A DNA stretch of 64,000 nucleotides from Candidatus Calditenuaceae archaeon HR02 (lineage in GTDB: Archaea; Thermoproteota; Nitrososphaeria_A; Caldarchaeales; Calditenuaceae): assembly GCA_002898395.1 (NCBI GenBank), contig BEHE01000002.1, forward strand, positions 59,462 through 123,461, given 5' to 3'. Below the pieces are notes generated by a model, which was not told the DNA's origin, searched no databases, and worked only from the letters and a program-made list of their open reading frames with translations. The stretch's first letter is position 1. Each line of letters begins with the position of its first letter. Shown here in pieces: positions 58,274 through 64,000 of the stretch. Made by a program: the position numbers and the translations under genes.

Positions 58274-59298
58274 TACTTCTCCATGTTAAGGTTGTAGAGC
58301 GCCTTATTCAGGATGGCGCTAGAGACTTCACCACCCCTGGAGCTCCCCCCTAGGTCGGGTGTAAGCACCCTCCCCTCATCAAGGACGGATTCCACAGCCC
58401 TCTCAATGGCCTTTGAGACGCGGGACAGCCTCTCATCCCGCCTCGACATTCCAAGCCAGCCAAGCATGTATGATGCTGAGAGTATCGTTGCTATCGGGTT
58501 TGCATAGTCCGGGTTGAGGCCAGGCGCAGAGCCATGTACTGGCTCGAAGACCCCCTTGTCCTCACCCACATTGGCTGAGCCCGCTAGGCCGATGGAGCCT
58601 GTAATTCCCGCTGCCAAGTCCGAGAGGATGTCACCAAACATGTTGGGCGTCAGGATTACGTCGAATATGGTGGGGTTGACGACCAACTGGTAGGCCGCAT
58701 TATCAACATACATCTCGTCCACCGAGATCCCACCCTGCCTAAGCACCTCGAGCGCGACATCCCGAAAAAACCTGTAGGAGGTGAGCACGTTTGCCTTATG
58801 TACTATCGTGACTCTCCTTCGCCTCTCATTAGCGATATTCAACGCGACTTGTGCAATGCGCGCCGTGCCGAAGCGCGTTATGACGAGGAGTGATACCGCG
58901 TGGTCACGCCCCACATCTTCTACGCCCTTATACAGATCCTCCGTATTCTCCCTCACTATCACGAAGTCCACACCACTCCAGTAGGTCTTGACACCCCTGT
59001 ACGTCTTAAATGGTCTTATGTTGGCGTATAGGTCGAGCTTCTGCCTGAGAAATACAATGACATCCTTGGCTGTTTCTCCTACAGGGCCTTTCAGGCACGC
59101 ATCAGACGCCATTATCTTCTTCAGCGAGTCGCGGGGAAGGGCCTCACCGGTCTCGGCGGCGATCTTGTCGCCAGCCGGCGCCTCTACAAACTCTACGCTG
59201 AGGCCCACCCTTGAGGCTAACTCCCTAACTATGCTGACCGCATACCCCGTAACTACTGGTCCTATTCCGTCACCGGGAATCACGGATATCTTATACAT
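58273..59298 (-). CDS. leuB: 3-isopropylmalate/isocitrate dehydrogenase family, probably LeuB
   Basis: [36 protein letters not shown]; follows ilvD. Confidence 0.82.
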   Translation of the reverse strand: MYKISVIPGDGIGPVVTGYAVSIVRELASRVGLSVEFVEAPAGDKIAAETGEALPRDSLKKIMASDACLKGPVGETAKDVIVFLRQKLDLYANIRPFKTYRGVKTYWSGVDFVIVRENTEDLYKGVEDVGRDHAVSLLVITRFGTARIAQVALNIANERRRRVTIVHKANVLTSYRFFRDVALEVLRQGGISVDEMYVDNAAYQLVVNPTIFDVILTPNMFGDILSDLAAGITGSIGLAGSANVGEDKGVFEPVHGSAPGLNPDYANPIATILSASYMLGWLGMSRRDERLSRVSKAIERAVESVLDEGRVLTPDLGGSSRGGEVSSAILNKALYNLNMEK

Positions 59299-59305
59299 TT
59301 CTGTC

Positions 59306-61000
59306 CTAGAGGCGCGGTAGGGTTACCGCCCCCATCGAGGCTGAAGAGACGAGGGAGGCGTACTTTGCTAGGAGCCCTGAAGTGGCTCTCGGCGGTTTGG
59401 GCTTGAAGTCCCTCTTTCTACGCTCCAATTCTTCTCCCGATACTAGCAGGTCTAGCCTACCTGTCTCCGTATCTATCAGTATCATGTCCCCGTTCTCGAC
59501 TATGGCTATCGGCCCACCTGACGCTGCTTCTGGAGCCACGTGACCGATCATGATACCCCGGGTCGCACCGCTGAACCTTCCGTCAGTCACCATGGCAACA
59601 GATTCTCCAAGCCCAGCGCCAGAGAGGGCGGCCGTGACCCTCAACATCTCCGGCATGCCAGGAGCACCTTTTGGCCCAACATACCTTATCAACAAGACGT
59701 CGCCTTCCCTTACAGCTCCACCTCTAATCGCCTCAAATGCAGACTCCTCGTCTTCGAAGACCCGCGCCGGCCCCTCGAACCTAGTCACACCCGTAGCGGC
59801 AGTCTTCACAACTGCGCCCTCGGGGGCCAACGACCCCCTCAATATTCGGATGCCACCTGTCCTCTTGATCGGCTTTGCAGGATCTCGGACTATGTGTTCG
59901 TGGGGGACGTTGGGTAGCCGATACTCCCTTAGGCTCTGGGCCAGTGTCTTGCCTGAGACGGTCAGGACACTCCCATCTATTAGCCCTGCATCCAGCAGCT
60001 TCTTGAGGAGGAGTGGGGCGCCCCCAACCCTGTCGAGATCGGCCATGACATATTCTCCAGCCGGCCTCATACTGAGGATGTATGGGGTCTTCCTAGAGAT
60101 TTCGTCGAAGTCATCCAAGGTGAACTTGACTCCAGCCTCATATGCTAGGGCTAGGAGGTGGAGTATACCGTTCGTTGAGCCCCCCGAGGCCATGAGGAGT
60201 GTAGCCGCGTTCCTAAACGCCTCGTAAGTCAGGATGTCTCGAGGCTTTATCCCGTTCTCTAAGAGAGTGCCCAAGGCCCTACCTGTCTCGTAGGCAAAAA
60301 TCGCCCTTCTCGAGGAGGTTGCTGTTGGGCTCGAGCTTCCCAGGAGTGCTAGGCCCAACCCTTCACTTAAAATAGCCATCGTGTTAGCTGTGAATAGGCC
60401 TGCACAGGCCCCATATGTGGGGTGTGCGACCATCTCGACCTGAAGAAGCTCCTGCTCCGAAATCTTCCCACTGATGTAGGCGCCAACATATTCGTGGACA
60501 TCCTCTATCGTGAACTTCTTCTCCCCTATGAAGCCGGGCTCGGCTGAGCCGCCGTACATGTATATTGAGGGCCTGTTGATCCTTGCCATAGCCATCATTA
60601 TACCGGGCTGGGTCTTATCGCACCCTCCTATCCCGACGAACCCGTCATACGCGTGGGCGACTATCTGGGCCTCCACGCTGTCTGCTATCACCTCCCTGCT
60701 GATGAGGCTATATCTCATACCCTCAGTCCCCATCGATATGTTGTCATTTACCACTATTGTGGGCATTGCAAGTCCCACGCAACCAGCGTCGCGTAGACCT
60801 TGCTTCACATAGCCGACTAGGTATAGAGTGTGGAAGTTGCATGGACCTGATTCACTCCAAGCCACGACAACACCGGCTAGCGGCTTGCCAATGTCACTGG
60901 GGTCGAGGCCAATGGACCAGAGGAACGACCTGTGAGGCGCGTTAAGTGTGCCTCCAAACCGCTCAACACTATAGACAGAGCCCTTCCCCAATCCCGACAT
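59306..61000 (-). CDS. ilvD: Dihydroxy-acid dehydratase
   Basis: [40 protein letters not shown]. Confidence 0.93.
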   Translation of the reverse strand: MSGLGKGSVYSVERFGGTLNAPHRSFLWSIGLDPSDIGKPLAGVVVAWSESGPCNFHTLYLVGYVKQGLRDAGCVGLAMPTIVVNDNISMGTEGMRYSLISREVIADSVEAQIVAHAYDGFVGIGGCDKTQPGIMMAMARINRPSIYMYGGSAEPGFIGEKKFTIEDVHEYVGAYISGKISEQELLQVEMVAHPTYGACAGLFTANTMAILSEGLGLALLGSSSPTATSSRRAIFAYETGRALGTLLENGIKPRDILTYEAFRNAATLLMASGGSTNGILHLLALAYEAGVKFTLDDFDEISRKTPYILSMRPAGEYVMADLDRVGGAPLLLKKLLDAGLIDGSVLTVSGKTLAQSLREYRLPNVPHEHIVRDPAKPIKRTGGIRILRGSLAPEGAVVKTAATGVTRFEGPARVFEDEESAFEAIRGGAVREGDVLLIRYVGPKGAPGMPEMLRVTAALSGAGLGESVAMVTDGRFSGATRGIMIGHVAPEAASGGPIAIVENGDMILIDTETGRLDLLVSGEELERRKRDFKPKPPRATSGLLAKYASLVSSASMGAVTLPRL

Positions 61001-61087
61001 ATCGTCAGATGATTCACTGTGCGCGTATTAAAGAGTTCCCGTCAAATGTGAAGGATTTTTATCAGGCTTTGAGGCCATAGATACGAG

Positions 61088-62545
61088 TTGGCCGGGCAAC
61101 TCTACCCATGTGTGATTGGGGGGGAGAAGATCTTTTCAACTGAGGGCAGGACGTTCAAAGACATCAACCCTGCCGATACTGGCGAGATTGTCGCCGAGTT
61201 TCCCCAGCTATCCAGGGACGAAGCCGCTAGGGCTATCGACGCCGCAAAAGAGGCGCAGGTTAAATGGGCTTCGACCCCAGCCCCAGAGAGGGGTAGGATC
61301 CTAGTTAAAGCGGCGCAGATACTTGAGGATGAAGCTGATGAGCTGGCTAGGGTGCTGACTAGAGAGGAGGGGAAGACGCTAGCGGAGAGCAGGGCTGAGG
61401 TTGCTAGGGCTGTTAGCATCTTCAGGTTCTACGGGGTGATGGGGTATAGGTTGAGGGGAGAGTTCACACCTTCGGCCGAGCCTAACACACACCTCTTCAC
61501 CCTCCGAGAGCCACTAGGCGTAGTATCGGTCATAACCCCCTGGAACTTCCCGATAGCTATACCCTCCTGGAAGATCGCGCCCGCACTCGTCTCCGGTAAC
61601 GCAGTGGTCTTTAAGCCGGCGAGCTACACTCCACTGATAGGTTACAGGATAGTCGATGCCCTCCACCGCGCGGGGCTGCCACCTGGAGTACTAAACCTGG
61701 TCACTGGCCCCGGCTCGACTGTTGGCGCAGAGCTAATCAACAGCCCGAAGGTGGACGCCATATCTTTCACAGGGTCGCTAGAGGTTGGTGAGGAGATTAA
61801 GAGGGCTGCAGGGGGGAGAAACATTAGGATCCAGCTAGAGCTGGGCGGTAAAAATCCAGCAGTAATTTTGGACGACGCCGACATGGGGCGTGCGGTTGAG
61901 ATGGTGGTCAGGGGCGCCTTCGGCTTAACAGGGCAGGCCTGCACAGCCACCAGCCGCGCGATAGTCCTTGAAAACGTTGCTGCGGAATTTGAGAAAAAGC
62001 TGGTTGAGCGTGTCAAGAGAATCAAGGTTGGGAACGGTCTGGTGGAGGGTGTTGAGATGGGACCGGTTGTCGGGGAGAAGGAGATGAACAAGATTCTTGA
62101 CTATATTCGGATCGGGGTTGACCAGGGGGCCAAGCTGGTCCTAGGCGGGAAGAGGCTTGCGGGGCCGGAATACTCTAAGGGATACTTTTTGGAGCCTACG
62201 ATATTCACGGATGTTGCTCCAGACATGAGGATCGGTCAAGAGGAGATATTCGGGCCGGTCCTAGCGATTATGCGCGCCCGCAACTTTGACGAGGCCGTGG
62301 AGCTGGCAAACAAGATCGAGTATGGGCTATCTGCCTCCATATTCACGAGGAATCTCCAGAAGGCTTTCGAGTTTATTAGCCGTGTACAGGCAGGCGTTGT
62401 TAAGATAAATAAGCCGACGACGGGGTTGGAGCCCCACGTACCATTCGGCGGATTTAAGAAATCAAGCTTTGGAATGATTAAGGAGCAGGGCGAGGCCGCA
62501 CTAGACTTTTACACTAAGATTAAGACGGTTTACCTCGGCTACTGA
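61088..62545 (+). CDS. Aldehyde dehydrogenase, probably 2,5-dioxopentanoate (KGSA) dehydrogenase
   Basis: ITPWNFP, FTGS, LELGGKN, GQACTA, EEIFGP; adjacent to a KdaD-like gene. Confidence 0.88.
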   Translation: MAGQLYPCVIGGEKIFSTEGRTFKDINPADTGEIVAEFPQLSRDEAARAIDAAKEAQVKWASTPAPERGRILVKAAQILEDEADELARVLTREEGKTLAESRAEVARAVSIFRFYGVMGYRLRGEFTPSAEPNTHLFTLREPLGVVSVITPWNFPIAIPSWKIAPALVSGNAVVFKPASYTPLIGYRIVDALHRAGLPPGVLNLVTGPGSTVGAELINSPKVDAISFTGSLEVGEEIKRAAGGRNIRIQLELGGKNPAVILDDADMGRAVEMVVRGAFGLTGQACTATSRAIVLENVAAEFEKKLVERVKRIKVGNGLVEGVEMGPVVGEKEMNKILDYIRIGVDQGAKLVLGGKRLAGPEYSKGYFLEPTIFTDVAPDMRIGQEEIFGPVLAIMRARNFDEAVELANKIEYGLSASIFTRNLQKAFEFISRVQAGVVKINKPTTGLEPHVPFGGFKKSSFGMIKEQGEAALDFYTKIKTVYLGY

Positions 62546-63446
62546 GCCGCTCGATCCTATTTCGAAGCAGGCCGATCTTTTCGATCTCTATCTCTACCAC
62601 ATCCCCACTCTCCAGCGAGAAATTGTCTGGAGGGACAATCCCTGTCCCAGTCAGCAATACAGTACCTGCTGGAATAATGTTGTCTCGAGTCAGGAAGTCT
62701 ACAAGCTCCTCAAGCCCTCTCTTCATGCTTGAAGTGCTTACTGAGCCTTTGAAAACCTCAGACCCTCCGCGAAGAATCCTCATCTCGATCCTGAGACTTT
62801 TCGGGTCTCCGACGGTTTCTGGAAGGGCTATAGCGGGACCGAGAGCGCAGCTTCCCCTGTAGATCTTGGCCTGGGGAAGATAGAGAGGGTTCTCGCCCTC
62901 GATGTCTCTAGCCGAGATGTCGTTGCCCACTGTAAATCCTGTGACCTCGTGTTTAGGGCCGAGGACTAGGGCCAGTTCCGGCTCAGGCACAGACCATCGC
63001 GAGTCACCACGTATATATGCGACATCTCCTGGCCCGACACAGCGGGACGGCGTGGCCTTGAAGAAGATCTCCGGCCGCTCGGCCTCGTAGACGAGGTCGT
63101 AGATGCCTTTAGCCTTTGTCTCGTATTCGCGCGCCTCTCGGCTCTTAAGATACGTTACACCCGCGCCCCAGACCTCGGGTGGGACGATGGGTATGAGAAG
63201 GCGGAAGCCTTTCAGCCTGCCCTCAGCGACGTCCGGGTACCTGACCTTCTTTAACCGCCTGTACCTACCGATTCTCTGCTCCAGGTATTGGGAGACCTGC
63301 ATACCCTTCCTCGCTGCGTCGCGGACGAGCATCAGAAAACCCTTCCCAGAGCCATACCTATCCTCAGGCAGAAGAGTGACCTCGTCGTCGACAACAACCC
63401 CTAGTCTCGCTCTTCCGCGCGGTGTTTGAATCCTAACCAACCTCAT
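62520..63446 (-). CDS. FAH-family 2-keto-3-deoxy-pentonate dehydratase (KdaD/XylX-like)
   Basis: EVWGAGVTY..SR, ERPEIFFK, VPEPEL, GNDISARDIEGENPLYLPQAK, TGTG. Confidence 0.88.
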   Translation of the reverse strand: MRLVRIQTPRGRARLGVVVDDEVTLLPEDRYGSGKGFLMLVRDAARKGMQVSQYLEQRIGRYRRLKKVRYPDVAEGRLKGFRLLIPIVPPEVWGAGVTYLKSREAREYETKAKGIYDLVYEAERPEIFFKATPSRCVGPGDVAYIRGDSRWSVPEPELALVLGPKHEVTGFTVGNDISARDIEGENPLYLPQAKIYRGSCALGPAIALPETVGDPKSLRIEMRILRGGSEVFKGSVSTSSMKRGLEELVDFLTRDNIIPAGTVLLTGTGIVPPDNFSLESGDVVEIEIEKIGLLRNRIERLSSRGKPS

Positions 63447-63654
63447 CTCTCATACCTCATAGCATAGGCTAGACTAGCAGCTACTTAAGGAAAACGTGTC
63501 GGGTTTACTGGTTTAAGATACTTGGTATTCTTAATAACTTTTAAGTCCTTTATATCCGGCCCGTTAAGTTAGTATTACTCATTTTTTGATCACTCATACT
63601 AGTCTTTTTAGCGTGTTTTTACCCATTCTTCTTGGAATAGTATTCTTAGCTCAT

Positions 63655-63950
63655 CCAGCTACCGAAGCCTTATACCCTATGTTCTAGGCCTAGGTTCTTA
63701 CAAGCGGCCAAGTAATGACTCCCACCATCAGCATATACTGGATGCCTCCCAAACCTCTTGACAAGCTCCCTCAGGAACCTCTCAACTACCAGCTGGTTCC
63801 TAGTCCAAGATAGCCACATACCCAGTATCCTCCTGCTATGAAGAACCAAGCACTAGAACCACCCACCCTAACCTCACTATCATCTATCAGGAATAGGGCG
63901 TAGAGGACGACAGGCACCGGAGTCCTAAGACCATCAAGAAAACCCATAAA
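63655..63950 (-). pseudogene. Degenerate IS6-family transposase fragment
   Basis: LFLIDDSEVRVGGSSAWFFIA, frameshift, then RRILGMWLSWTRNQLVVERFLRELVKRFGRHPVYADGGSHY..ACKNLGLEH, then stops. Confidence 0.75.
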
Positions 63951-64000
63951 CAAAGAACAAGAAAACCAGGCCATAAACAAAACAATAAAAGAAACTTAAC

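Noticed and set aside
4375-63429. Numerous antisense or alternative-frame ORFs in the track (e.g. 4852-5346, 37592-38194, 59550-60227)
   Set aside because: Shadow ORFs inside well-supported genes, with no motifs.
1-64000. CRISPR array, cas genes, rRNA genes
   Set aside because: No regularly spaced 24-40 bp repeats, Cas motifs or rRNA-length non-coding tract seen.

Overview
Core chromosome of a thermophilic archaeon. Reverse gyrase, an A-type ATPase, the proteasome, eS1/eL15, KEOPS Pcc1, Nre and a bulge-helix-bulge (BHB)-type tRNA intron are present. Dispersed ribosomal/ATPase operons plus RING proteins suggest a TACK lineage such as Caldarchaeales/'Aigarchaeota' (inference). Two tRNA-anchored accessory regions interrupt the housekeeping genes. 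(i) After tRNA-Ile(CAU): a LAGLIDADG endonuclease and an unannotated, decayed DNA methyltransferase. (ii) After an intron-containing tRNA-Ala(UGC): IS6 and IS5 elements, a four-subunit NdhFSLM-like molybdenum hydroxylase, a CUT1 ABC importer and a catalytically degenerate LAGLIDADG-fold protein. The best candidate for an undescribed system is a four-gene locus at 9.66-11.95 kb: a small C4HC3 RING protein with an Rbx1/Apc11-like N-terminal WxW strand, two coiled-coil proteins and a multi-pass membrane protein with a C-terminal RING, i.e. a possible archaeal E3 ubiquitin-ligase module. Also found: a canonical box C/D sRNA overlapping the thiI stop codon with both guides matching the 23S peptidyl-transferase region, other candidate structured RNAs, and an IS6 remnant at the right edge. 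All calls come from motif recognition by eye; no database searches were run.
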